From Candidatus Anstonellales archaeon (GTDB lineage: Archaea; Micrarchaeota; Micrarchaeia; Anstonellales; J096): a stretch of DNA of 64,000 bases. The position numbers were made by a program, and so were the translations under genes. The stretch is taken from the NCBI GenBank assembly GCA_038890745.1, contig JAWAFD010000002.1, positions 64,001 through 128,000 of the forward strand, in the 5' to 3' direction. Each line of letters opens with the position of its first letter. Within the stretch, counting starts at the first letter, position 1. The notes beneath the pieces are model-generated. The model was given only the letters and a program-made list of their open reading frames with translations. It had not been told where the DNA came from and ran no database searches. Positions 10,137 through 21,752 of this stretch are shown here, in pieces.

Positions 10137-10259
10137 GCTCCGATCGTCTAGTGGACAAGGATACTGGCCTTTCGAGGAACCTTTTCGCCTTCGGCGTAAA
10201 AGCGTTTCATCGGAAAATGAAGAAAGCCAGTGACCCGGGTTCGAATCCCGGTCGGAGCA
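10137..10259 (+). tRNA. tRNA-Glu(UUC) with a 50-nt intron at position 37/38 (10175-10224)
   Basis: Acceptor stem GCTCCGA/TCGGAGC plus A73, anticodon stem CTGGC/GCCAG, anticodon TTC at 10171-10173, T-arm CCGGGTTCGAATCCCGG; CCA not encoded. Confidence 0.93.
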
Positions 10260-10278
10260 ATATACTAAGGGTAATATT

Positions 10279-11370
10279 ATGTTGCCGAACATATACAAAG
10301 GGAATTATTTTCTTGCGCTGATTCCCCCACTTCTACTCATAATTCTATCACTCTATTTTATTTTTTCCAATGGGATAGATTTAGGGGTTGATTTTCAGGG
10401 AGGGACGCTTGTTACCCTGCAAATGAAAAACAGCGTAGATGGGCCATGGTTAGAATCGCAGCTTTCTAATGAGGGTTTTGCAAACCCAAAGGTTAACGTT
10501 TTCCAGACGACTTATGGGTACAAGGCTGAGATAGAGTTTGCGCAGAGCGAAGAGATAAAAAAAGCAGAGGAGCTGAAATCAGAATTTCAAACCCTTCTTC
10601 CTGAGGTTTCAAACCTTGAGGTGAGATATCTATCAAGCGGAGAAGGGAAAGAGGAGTATGAGCAGAAGAAAGAGCACCTCTACTCTATTGCTAAGGAGAT
10701 GATAAACGACCTTGCGGGGATGAACGAGAGTGTTTCTAGCAAAGACCTCAACGAGCTTAATTCTCTATTCTCTTCTTCCTACAACCAGGTTTACAAGAAT
10801 TATGAGCAAAAGGTTGGAAACGCGATCAGAAAGTATATATCCTATGATGTCATTTCTGTGCAAACCGTGAGCCCCGCGCTCAGTGCGCAGTTTATAGAGA
10901 AAGCAGGGAATGTTGTGCTTTTCTCGGCTATCCTTAGCATGATTTTTGTTTTTGTTGTTTTTAGAACATTGGTTCCGAGCGCCGCTGTTTTAATAGGGGC
11001 TTTTAGCGATGTTGTGATCGCGTTGGGTGCGATGAGCTTTTTCGGAATTCCATTGACCCTCGCGAGCTTCGCAGCCCTCATAATGCTTGTTGGTTACTCC
11101 TTGGACACTGATGTTCTTCTTACCATGAGAATGCTCAAGAGGGCTGGCGACCCAAGGGAAAAGGCTTACGATGCAATGAAAACTGGAATAACAATGAGCA
11201 TCACTTCAATAGTTGCATTCTCGGCCCTTTTCGCCCTTGCGTATTTTACGAGAATTTCAACTTATTATGAGATTTCTTCTGTAGTGGTGTGCGGGCTTAT
11301 TGGCGATATATTCGCAACCTGGGGCATAAATGCCGTTATACTTCTTCACCATATCCTAGGAAGGCGATAG
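10279..11370 (+). CDS. secF: Protein translocase subunit SecF
   Basis: LGVDFQGGT, six-TM layout, LVGYSLDTDVLLT. Confidence 0.93.
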   Translation: MLPNIYKGNYFLALIPPLLLIILSLYFIFSNGIDLGVDFQGGTLVTLQMKNSVDGPWLESQLSNEGFANPKVNVFQTTYGYKAEIEFAQSEEIKKAEELKSEFQTLLPEVSNLEVRYLSSGEGKEEYEQKKEHLYSIAKEMINDLAGMNESVSSKDLNELNSLFSSSYNQVYKNYEQKVGNAIRKYISYDVISVQTVSPALSAQFIEKAGNVVLFSAILSMIFVFVVFRTLVPSAAVLIGAFSDVVIALGAMSFFGIPLTLASFAALIMLVGYSLDTDVLLTMRMLKRAGDPREKAYDAMKTGITMSITSIVAFSALFALAYFTRISTYYEISSVVVCGLIGDIFATWGINAVILLHHILGRR

Positions 11371-11372
11371 GA

Positions 11373-13052
11373 ATGTTTGAAAAATTCCCATCTGTTAATG
11401 AACTAAAAAATGACAGAAAATTCCTGTTTCTTCTACTACTCGGCATTCTGATGCTTGCGGGCATATTTATGTATCCTGTTTATGTTGGCTTCCTACTCAT
11501 ACTTAGTCTTCTTATTTTTGGAACCCTTTCCAGCGTATGGAAGGAGAGCCATATAAGGCTATCCGCTCTTTTTGCTCTGATCATTCTTGCTATTTCTGCG
11601 ATCGCTGTGCATGGAATAAAATTTGGAATAGATTTTGAGGGCGGAACAAGAATTCCAATAGTGCTGGAATACCCAGTCAATCAGATTACTATGCAGGAGA
11701 TGGTTGAGACAATAAAGAAGAGGGCATCCGTTCTTGGGCTTACAGAAGTGAAGGTAAAAGCAGTCGGGAACAGCGAGATATATGTTGAGCTTCCGAGCGC
11801 AGATGAGGAGATGGTGAAGAGGGTGGAGGGGATACTGGAAAAGCAGGGGGTTTATTTAGGTGTTGTGGATGGAAAAGTAGCGATAACCGGGCAGGACATC
11901 CTTCCGGGAACGATATACAGGATTCCTACTCAATACCTACAAGGGCATGACTGGGGGGTTGGTTTTTCCATCACAAAAACCGGCGCGGAACGTTTTGCAG
12001 AAACAGTAAAGGGTAAGGCAAACTATCCACTCTACATGTTTTTGGACAGACCGAGGAATGCTTTTGTTGTTGTGAACAGCGAGCAGCTTAAGCAATCCCT
12101 CGCTGAGAGTTTGGAAATTGAGGATGCGCTCTCTGCTATGAAAGAGGCGTTGGAGCTTGAAGGGGATAACACAGTAATCATTTTTGAGGAGGATGTTCTT
12201 CCTGGTATGAACCTTTCAAACAGGACATATGTTGTTTTGAGGAAGAATGCACCCCAAAGCGTAAAGGACATTTTCTCTTCAGCTGGCATGATGATAAAAG
12301 AGGTTGAGGACAGCGAGATGATTCCGGAAATTTCCTATGGGAGCGCGGGCACTCCTGTTGTTGCAAAATGGGAGGGGGTCGGGCTTCTTTCCTCCCCATT
12401 CCTTTCTCCTCAAATTACGGATGGAATCCCAAGCTATTCCTATTCTATTACAGGTCCTGCTTCTGGAGTTGGGCAGGAGAAAGTACTTAATGCCGAGAGA
12501 AGGGTTAAAGAAATAGAGTCCATTTTGAAGGGCGGGGCTTTACCAGTTAGGATAACGCTCGGAAGCAAAACTACTATTCCTGCGCCTCTTGGGCAGGAGT
12601 TTCTCCGACTTAGTTTGCTCGGGCTTGTTTTTGCTTTTATCATTGTTTCTGCGGTGATCTTTATTACTTATAGAAAGCTGCGCGTTATCCTTCCGATAAT
12701 TCTTATAACGTTGGCTGAGATAACCATTCTTATTGCAATCACCGGCTCGTTTACGATAGATCTGGCAACAATGGCCGGTATAATAGCAGCAGTTGGCGTA
12801 AGCATAGATGCACAGATAATAATTACAGATGAGCTTCTGAAAAAAACCGGCTCAAAGGAGGAAAAGCTGGACAGGGCGATGTCTATTATAAACACAAATG
12901 TTACTGTTGCAATCCTTGCGATGCTCCCCCTTCTCTTTTCTGGTATGGTTGAGATTATTGGTTTTGCTGTTGCTACAATCTTGGGTGCTCTTCTTGGAGC
13001 CCTTATCTCAAGACCAGCTTATGCTACAATAGCAGGAGAGTTAGTAGCATGA
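11373..13052 (+). CDS. secD: Protein translocase subunit SecD
   Basis: FGIDFEGG, LKGGALP, PAPLG, AGIIAAVGVSIDAQIIITDE; start moved to ATG 11373. Confidence 0.92.
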   Translation: MFEKFPSVNELKNDRKFLFLLLLGILMLAGIFMYPVYVGFLLILSLLIFGTLSSVWKESHIRLSALFALIILAISAIAVHGIKFGIDFEGGTRIPIVLEYPVNQITMQEMVETIKKRASVLGLTEVKVKAVGNSEIYVELPSADEEMVKRVEGILEKQGVYLGVVDGKVAITGQDILPGTIYRIPTQYLQGHDWGVGFSITKTGAERFAETVKGKANYPLYMFLDRPRNAFVVVNSEQLKQSLAESLEIEDALSAMKEALELEGDNTVIIFEEDVLPGMNLSNRTYVVLRKNAPQSVKDIFSSAGMMIKEVEDSEMIPEISYGSAGTPVVAKWEGVGLLSSPFLSPQITDGIPSYSYSITGPASGVGQEKVLNAERRVKEIESILKGGALPVRITLGSKTTIPAPLGQEFLRLSLLGLVFAFIIVSAVIFITYRKLRVILPIILITLAEITILIAITGSFTIDLATMAGIIAAVGVSIDAQIIITDELLKKTGSKEEKLDRAMSIINTNVTVAILAMLPLLFSGMVEIIGFAVATILGALLGALISRPAYATIAGELVA

Positions 13053-13570
13053 AAAAAATAGAAGAGTATCTTCTGAAAAAAGAAAGAATAATGGACGGAT
13101 TTCTGGTGATGCAGAGAGAGTTGGTTAGGGAATGCTCAAAAGCTATAAAAGAAATCCATGAGGGAAAGGTTTCAGATGCTGAAAAGAGAATAAAGAAGGC
13201 GGAAGAAGAGTTCAAAAACCTCCCCAAAGAGCCTTTTGTCTATCCATACTATTTACATGTTGCTCAGGAATTTTTTGAAGCAAAGATTCTTCTCAGCGTT
13301 GTTAAAACCAAAGAGATTCCCAAGCCTGAAGAGCCGTACGAGGCTTTTTTGACAGGTATGCTGGATGCAGCCGGCGAGTTGAAAAGGGAGATGTATGAAG
13401 CGTTAAGAAAAGGAGACAAAAGGGTTGCAGAAAAATACTTCAAGCTCATGGAGAAAATATATGATGAATCCCTGCATTTCAAGTTCTCAGAGTCGGTCCT
13501 TCCGGGTTTTAGAAGAAAGCAGGACGTTTTGAGAATACAGCTTGAGCAGGCGAGAGGAGAGCTTTTGTAA
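13049..13570 (+). CDS. Translin/TRAX family protein
   Basis: RELVRECSKAI, QEFFEA, FLTGMLDAAGELKR, FRRKQDV. Confidence 0.85.
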   Translation: MKKIEEYLLKKERIMDGFLVMQRELVRECSKAIKEIHEGKVSDAEKRIKKAEEEFKNLPKEPFVYPYYLHVAQEFFEAKILLSVVKTKEIPKPEEPYEAFLTGMLDAAGELKREMYEALRKGDKRVAEKYFKLMEKIYDESLHFKFSESVLPGFRRKQDVLRIQLEQARGELL

Positions 13571-13582
13571 CTATAGTTACAA
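13565..13582. promoter_or_regulatory. 18-bp perfect palindrome (candidate operator) upstream of the toxin-antitoxin pair
   Basis: TTGTAACTATAGTTACAA is its own reverse complement; it overlaps the translin stop and sits just before the duplicated promoter-like element. Confidence 0.5.
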
Positions 13583-13590
13583 CGATTACC

Positions 13591-13616
13591 AATAAAAACC
13601 CTTCTGCTCTTTTTTT
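13591..13616 (+). repeat. Direct repeat DR1, left copy (26 bp)
   Basis: AATAAAAACCCTTCTGCTCTTTTTTT, identical to 14137-14162. Confidence 0.92.
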
Positions 13617-13619
13617 ATC

Positions 13620-13757
13620 GTGGCTAGAATAAAAAAGAAAAGCATATTTGATTTTTCCAGCAAGGAAGAGGTAGAGGAAGAAATAAAAAATTTTTATGCC
13701 ATTCTCAAAAAGGATGCGAATCTCAGGAGGTTATTTAAAGTCCTTGCGGAGATGTAG
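13620..13757 (+). CDS. Putative 45-aa antitoxin for the Doc toxin (missing from the ORF track)
   Basis: GTG-start ORF MARIKKKSIFDFSSKEEVEEEIKNFYAILKKDANLRRLFKVLAEM ends 2 bp before the Fic ATG; amphipathic C-terminal helix like the tails of Doc-neutralising antitoxins. Confidence 0.65.
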   Translation: MARIKKKSIFDFSSKEEVEEEIKNFYAILKKDANLRRLFKVLAEM

Positions 13758-13759
13758 GT

Positions 13760-14128
13760 ATGAAAGAGCTAACCGTTGATATATTAATCCACTTCAACAA
13801 AACCCTTCATAGACATGGAATCCCAAAGCCAACCGAGCAGAGGATGAAGCAACATCTGTTTCACATCCTTAATTCATGCAAAAATGATCTCTGTATCCTC
13901 TCTTGGCTTCTCGCGTACATACTCCAAGAGCATCCGTTCGTTGATGGAAACAAAAGAACAGCGGCATTTCTCTTAGAATACTATCTCCAAAGAAAAAAAC
14001 TGTTCCTTGATAATTCAACAAAGCTTCAGCTTTTGTTGAAATACACGAATCATGCATATAGACCAAGTAAAATATATCGCGAACTTTTTAACCTCCTTGG
14101 AAAATATAACCCAAACTTTACTCCTTAG
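13760..14128 (+). CDS. Fic/Doc family toxin
   Basis: HPFVDGNKRTA; the K after GN is Doc-type. Confidence 0.9.
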   Translation: MKELTVDILIHFNKTLHRHGIPKPTEQRMKQHLFHILNSCKNDLCILSWLLAYILQEHPFVDGNKRTAAFLLEYYLQRKKLFLDNSTKLQLLLKYTNHAYRPSKIYRELFNLLGKYNPNFTP

Positions 14129-14136
14129 CCACTACT

Positions 14137-14162
14137 AATAAAAACCCTTCTGCTCTTTTTTT
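14137..14162 (+). repeat. Direct repeat DR1, right copy (26 bp)
   Basis: Identical to 13591-13616; ends 3 bp before the ATG at 14166. Confidence 0.92.
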
Positions 14163-14165
14163 GTT

Positions 14166-15161
14166 ATGAGAGCGTATATTGTTTTGTTCTTGGTTGGTTT
14201 GTTGTTGTTTGCAGGGTGCATAGACCTTGGACCAAAGCAAACCACCACGGGGGGAAACAAAACAGAACAAAAGCCACCAGTGATCATAGTAAAGGAAAAC
14301 GAGACCAAATGGGAGGAGGAGAAGCCAATCTACCCGCCCGCCGGCGAGTACACCGCAAACCCGAACGATGTTTTCAGAATGTACTTTTTTAATGTTGGGT
14401 ATGAGAAGAAGCAGGGGGAAGCCATCCTTGTACAGAAGGGAAATTTTGACATGCTCATAGACACAGGCCCGAGCGAAACAACAGACAAACTCATCAACCT
14501 TCTTTATCCAAGGGTGGATGACATAGAGGTTCTTGTGATTACAAATGGATTGAATGGGACTGTTGAGGGAGCAAAAAGAATAATGGACTATTTCAGGGTG
14601 GGAGAGGTTTGGTGGAACGGAAACGAAAATGATGAGAGGCTTGTTGAAGCAATAAACTATGCGAAAAGCAAGGGAATACAAACAAGGGTTGTGCAGAGGC
14701 CAGACAAGTTTTCTTATGCCGGCATAAACATAGAGGTTATGCAGCCGGGTGCTGAGGATAAAAATCTAGTTAGCATCCCTGATAGAGGACTTGTTCTTAG
14801 GTTTAAGGATAGGAATTCCTGTTTCATAACAACCTCAACGCTTTTGGCAGCAGGCCAGGCAAACCTTGTTGACAAATACACAAACAAACTCCAATGCGAT
14901 GTTTTCCAGGTTCCGGGCTTTTCAGAAGGATGGGGGATTACGGGCACTCTACTCACTTCCACCGGTGGACAGCTGATTACTCAGGTTTCTCCAAAATTGG
15001 GAATATTTACAGGCTCAACATACGACCCGGATAATAGCCGGGAAACATTGAGAATCTATTTAAACCTGAAGAAAGCGCAGGTTTATGAAGCGTATGCTTA
15101 CACAAACGGTTTGGTTGTTGAGTATGATGGCCAAGAGTATAATGTAAGGGGCGTGGGATGA
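14166..15161 (+). CDS. Lipoprotein with a ComEC/Rec2-type metallo-beta-lactamase fold and degenerate active site
   Basis: Lipobox LLFAGC; FFNVG..QGEAIL..MLIDTG; HxHxDH position reads TNGLNGTV. Confidence 0.75.
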   Translation: MRAYIVLFLVGLLLFAGCIDLGPKQTTTGGNKTEQKPPVIIVKENETKWEEEKPIYPPAGEYTANPNDVFRMYFFNVGYEKKQGEAILVQKGNFDMLIDTGPSETTDKLINLLYPRVDDIEVLVITNGLNGTVEGAKRIMDYFRVGEVWWNGNENDERLVEAINYAKSKGIQTRVVQRPDKFSYAGINIEVMQPGAEDKNLVSIPDRGLVLRFKDRNSCFITTSTLLAAGQANLVDKYTNKLQCDVFQVPGFSEGWGITGTLLTSTGGQLITQVSPKLGIFTGSTYDPDNSRETLRIYLNLKKAQVYEAYAYTNGLVVEYDGQEYNVRGVG

Positions 15162-15832
15162 TGGTTGTTACACTCTCTTTGGGCGGGAGCGTGGTGAATC
15201 CGGAAAAACCTTCTCTTGAGAACATAAGGAGAATTGCCAGGATTTTTGAAGAGAGCAAAGAAAAGCTTGTCATAGTTGTTGGAGGGGGGGCGTATGCAAG
15301 GGAGTATGCAGAGATAATTAGGAAGCTTGCGGGAAATGAGTTTTATGCCGATGCGGTTGCGACGATGGAGACAAAGCAGAACGCTATGCTTCTCCTCTCA
15401 GCTTTGAAAAATGCATACCCAAAAATCCCAAGCACTTTTGAAAGCGCCGCCGCTGCTATAAAAAATTATCAGTATGTTGTGATGGGCGGAACTATTCCCG
15501 GCATTACCACGGATACTGATGCTGTTCTTTTGGCGGAGGCAACATCCTCAGCGAGGCTTGTCAACATAAGCAATGTTTCGGGGGTGTATGATAAGGACCC
15601 ATCAAAATATAAAGATGCGAAAAAATATTCAAGGATGAGCCATGATCAGCTCGTTGAGCTGGCTGTTGAAAGCGATAGGAGAAAAGCGGGCGAGCACTTT
15701 GTTTTTGATATGATTGCATGCAAGCTCGCTGCAAGGAGCAAGCTGGAACTCCATTTTGTCTCATGGAAGAATGATAGTGATGTTCTAAATGCGATAAAAG
15801 GAAAACCTCACAGTGGGACGGTTGTGAAGTAA
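15158..15832 (+). CDS. pyrH: Uridylate kinase
   Basis: LSLGGSV, VVGGG, MGGTIPGITTD, NVSGVYDKDP. Confidence 0.95.
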   Translation: MMVVTLSLGGSVVNPEKPSLENIRRIARIFEESKEKLVIVVGGGAYAREYAEIIRKLAGNEFYADAVATMETKQNAMLLLSALKNAYPKIPSTFESAAAAIKNYQYVVMGGTIPGITTDTDAVLLAEATSSARLVNISNVSGVYDKDPSKYKDAKKYSRMSHDQLVELAVESDRRKAGEHFVFDMIACKLAARSKLELHFVSWKNDSDVLNAIKGKPHSGTVVK

Positions 15833-15854
15833 AAATAAAACATAAAAATAAAAA

Positions 15855-16559
15855 TTACAGAAATGCTTTTATCTCATTTTCTCCAAGAACCCTAAATTTC
15901 TTTTCTCCCTTTACCATGTACGCAATCTCCAACTCTTCCTCGGTTATTTTTGTTTCAGAAGTTTTTTTGAGCGCATCCACCCCAATCCTTATTGCATCCT
16001 CTATTTTCATTTTTTCATCATAGTGTTTCTCTAAATAAGCGTCTACTTCCTTTTTTGCGCTTCCTATCGAATCAGCATAATACCCTGTCATCGCCCCGCT
16101 TGGCTCTGCCTCAAAAAGCTCTGGCTTTTCGTTTATGCCCGCAATGAGCAAAGAAACCCCAAAAGGTCTTGTCCCCCCATATTGAGTGTAAAGCTGCATG
16201 ATATCGCAGACATACCTAGCGACGCTCTCGACCGGTGCGGGTTCGTTGTAAAGTAGACGATGCCTGTGCGCTTCGGTTCTTGCGATATCAACAAGTTTTC
16301 TTGCATCTGCTATTAAACCAGATGCAGTTACGAATATGTGATTGTCTATTTCGAATATCTTTTTTATGGATTCCGGCAGGATGAGTTTTGAATGTCTTGA
16401 TTTTGAGGCTATCAGCGCCACCCCATCCTTTGTAGTTATTCCTATACTCGTTGCACCTTTTTTTACAGCCTCTTTTGCATACTCTACCTGAAACAGCCGC
16501 CCATCAGGGCTGAAAACCGTTATTGCCCTATCGTAAGCCTGTGGGGATACACCATACAT
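15855..16559 (-). CDS. psmA: Proteasome subunit alpha
   Basis: YDRAITVFSPDGRLFQVEYA, YTQYGGTRPFGVSLL. Confidence 0.97.
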   Translation of the reverse strand: MYGVSPQAYDRAITVFSPDGRLFQVEYAKEAVKKGATSIGITTKDGVALIASKSRHSKLILPESIKKIFEIDNHIFVTASGLIADARKLVDIARTEAHRHRLLYNEPAPVESVARYVCDIMQLYTQYGGTRPFGVSLLIAGINEKPELFEAEPSGAMTGYYADSIGSAKKEVDAYLEKHYDEKMKIEDAIRIGVDALKKTSETKITEEELEIAYMVKGEKKFRVLGENEIKAFL

Positions 16560-16663
16560 AATTTCACCCGACTAAAATTGAATGCATATATTTATAAACA
16601 TTATAAGCGAGCGCCTTATCATTACCATGTGTGTTTTTATTCTTTTTTACATTGAATAACATT

Positions 16664-17812
16664 ATGGTAAACATCATACGCATGCTTAGAAAGCCAGAAC
16701 CCATCGTTCCGTATGACTGCCCAAGGGCGATCACAAGAATGCGTATTTCTGAGCAAGAGGAGAGGATTGCGGTATTTAAAAAACCCCTCCTAGACCATAG
16801 GCAAACAGATTTTTTTGGAAGAGTGGACAAAACCAGAGCAGTAAAGTTGAAGGAAGGGGATGGAAGGATTTTTGTTGTTATGAGCGGTGCTGGCCAGAGG
16901 TTTTGGGCATACCTAGGTTTTCTTCAAGCTCTTGACCAGCATAACATTCCTATAAGCGTATACATAGGGACGAGTGGAGGGGCGCTTGCATCCATGCTCG
17001 CTGCTTTAGAATATTACTATGAAGATGTAATAGAAAAGCTTGATGGCCATATGGAATACCTATTCTATGATTTTGATTTTGGAGCGCTTTTAAAAGGAAA
17101 AAACATCCACAGAGGAGAGAGAATAATAAATTATATAAGAGAGAGCCTTCCTGAAAGGACGAGATATTTTTCTTACGCCTCAAATTTCTATGCTGTTGCA
17201 AGCGCGGTAAATGTTTTTCTGCGTCATCCAAACGGAGCCTTGGAGTATAAAAAAATTGCACCGGTTGTTTTTGGAGCTGGGTTTACAGAAGACTTCCCGA
17301 TTGAAGAGGGAGTGTATGCGAGCATGTGCCTTCCAAACTTCGAGCCCGTAGTTGTTGAAGAGAATAAAAAACTGTTTGGTGTGAGCGAGGCAGGAAAAAA
17401 ATACGAGCTCATATCTGGAAATAAAGAGCTTGGGATGACCTATCTGGTAGATGGTGGATACACGAGCCATAAACCACTGGAGGTTGCCGTAAACCTCTAC
17501 GATCCAGAAAAGGATGTGATTCTCTTCCTAACTCCATCTGCCGATTTCAAACCTCTAAACATTAACCTTATAAACAGCCTTTTCACCCTCCCGCTTACCG
17601 TTGATATGGAAGGGGAGTTCAGCAGAAAAATAAAAAATTTTGCAGATGAGAACATAATGATCGTTTATCTGCAGGATTGGGTTGTGGACAAGTGTGATAT
17701 AACGAATATCAAGCCGAACGATTTCTCAAAAATAAGAATGCTGTACAATGCAGGAAAATCAGCGGCTGAGGGATGGATGTACCACTATTGGGGGATCTCC
17801 TTATTCATTTGA
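16664..17812 (+). CDS. Patatin-like phospholipase
   Basis: SGAGQRFWAYLG oxyanion loop, GTSGG nucleophile elbow, ASMCLP, LVDGG; start set at ATG 16664. Confidence 0.85.
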   Translation: MVNIIRMLRKPEPIVPYDCPRAITRMRISEQEERIAVFKKPLLDHRQTDFFGRVDKTRAVKLKEGDGRIFVVMSGAGQRFWAYLGFLQALDQHNIPISVYIGTSGGALASMLAALEYYYEDVIEKLDGHMEYLFYDFDFGALLKGKNIHRGERIINYIRESLPERTRYFSYASNFYAVASAVNVFLRHPNGALEYKKIAPVVFGAGFTEDFPIEEGVYASMCLPNFEPVVVEENKKLFGVSEAGKKYELISGNKELGMTYLVDGGYTSHKPLEVAVNLYDPEKDVILFLTPSADFKPLNINLINSLFTLPLTVDMEGEFSRKIKNFADENIMIVYLQDWVVDKCDITNIKPNDFSKIRMLYNAGKSAAEGWMYHYWGISLFI

Positions 17813-18259
17813 TTCAACTGCTTTTATCGCAGCATCAGCCCTTACGCCTTGAATAATCATATGTTTTATCCTATCCTTTTTCTCCTCATCAAAATGAAGC
17901 TTATCTATCTGCCTAAATCTGTTTGCATACTCCCTGTATGCCTTCATTGTCGCAGAGTATGCATCCCTTAGATGAGGGTCCTGTATGTTTCTTCCGATTT
18001 CATCCTTTTCCTCCTGCATCAAGGAGCGGGAAGGGTAAAAAAGTTTTGCGTTAAAACGAGCAGCGATCTTTTCAACCATATGAGGGGCCGGTGAAACATC
18101 CGTAGCGATTATGGATGGAACGCCGGTTTTTCTTATTATCTCAACTATTTTCTCCTCTCCAACGTCCCTATCTACAAACTTAAGAACAACATTTCCTTTC
18201 AAATCAATCGCAACTATTGCAGTGTATAGACCCGGGTCTATTCCAACTATAATATGGAT
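17801..18259 (-). CDS. DUF460-like RNase H-fold protein (non-canonical start)
   Basis: In-frame IIVGIDPG..AIVAIDLKG lies upstream of the called TTG at 18202; also IATDVSPAP and DPHLRDAYSA. Confidence 0.75.
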   Translation of the reverse strand: MHIIVGIDPGLYTAIVAIDLKGNVVLKFVDRDVGEEKIVEIIRKTGVPSIIATDVSPAPHMVEKIAARFNAKLFYPSRSLMQEEKDEIGRNIQDPHLRDAYSATMKAYREYANRFRQIDKLHFDEEKKDRIKHMIIQGVRADAAIKAVESNE

Positions 18260-18260
18260 A

Positions 18261-21720
<3,460 letters not shown>

Positions 21721-21752
21721 GTTAGAATTTATGAATAAAAATGTTTATAAAT

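Noticed and set aside
10137..10280. tRNA-Glu as an integration site (attB)
   Set aside because: No duplicated tRNA 3' end and no integrase seen; secF follows directly
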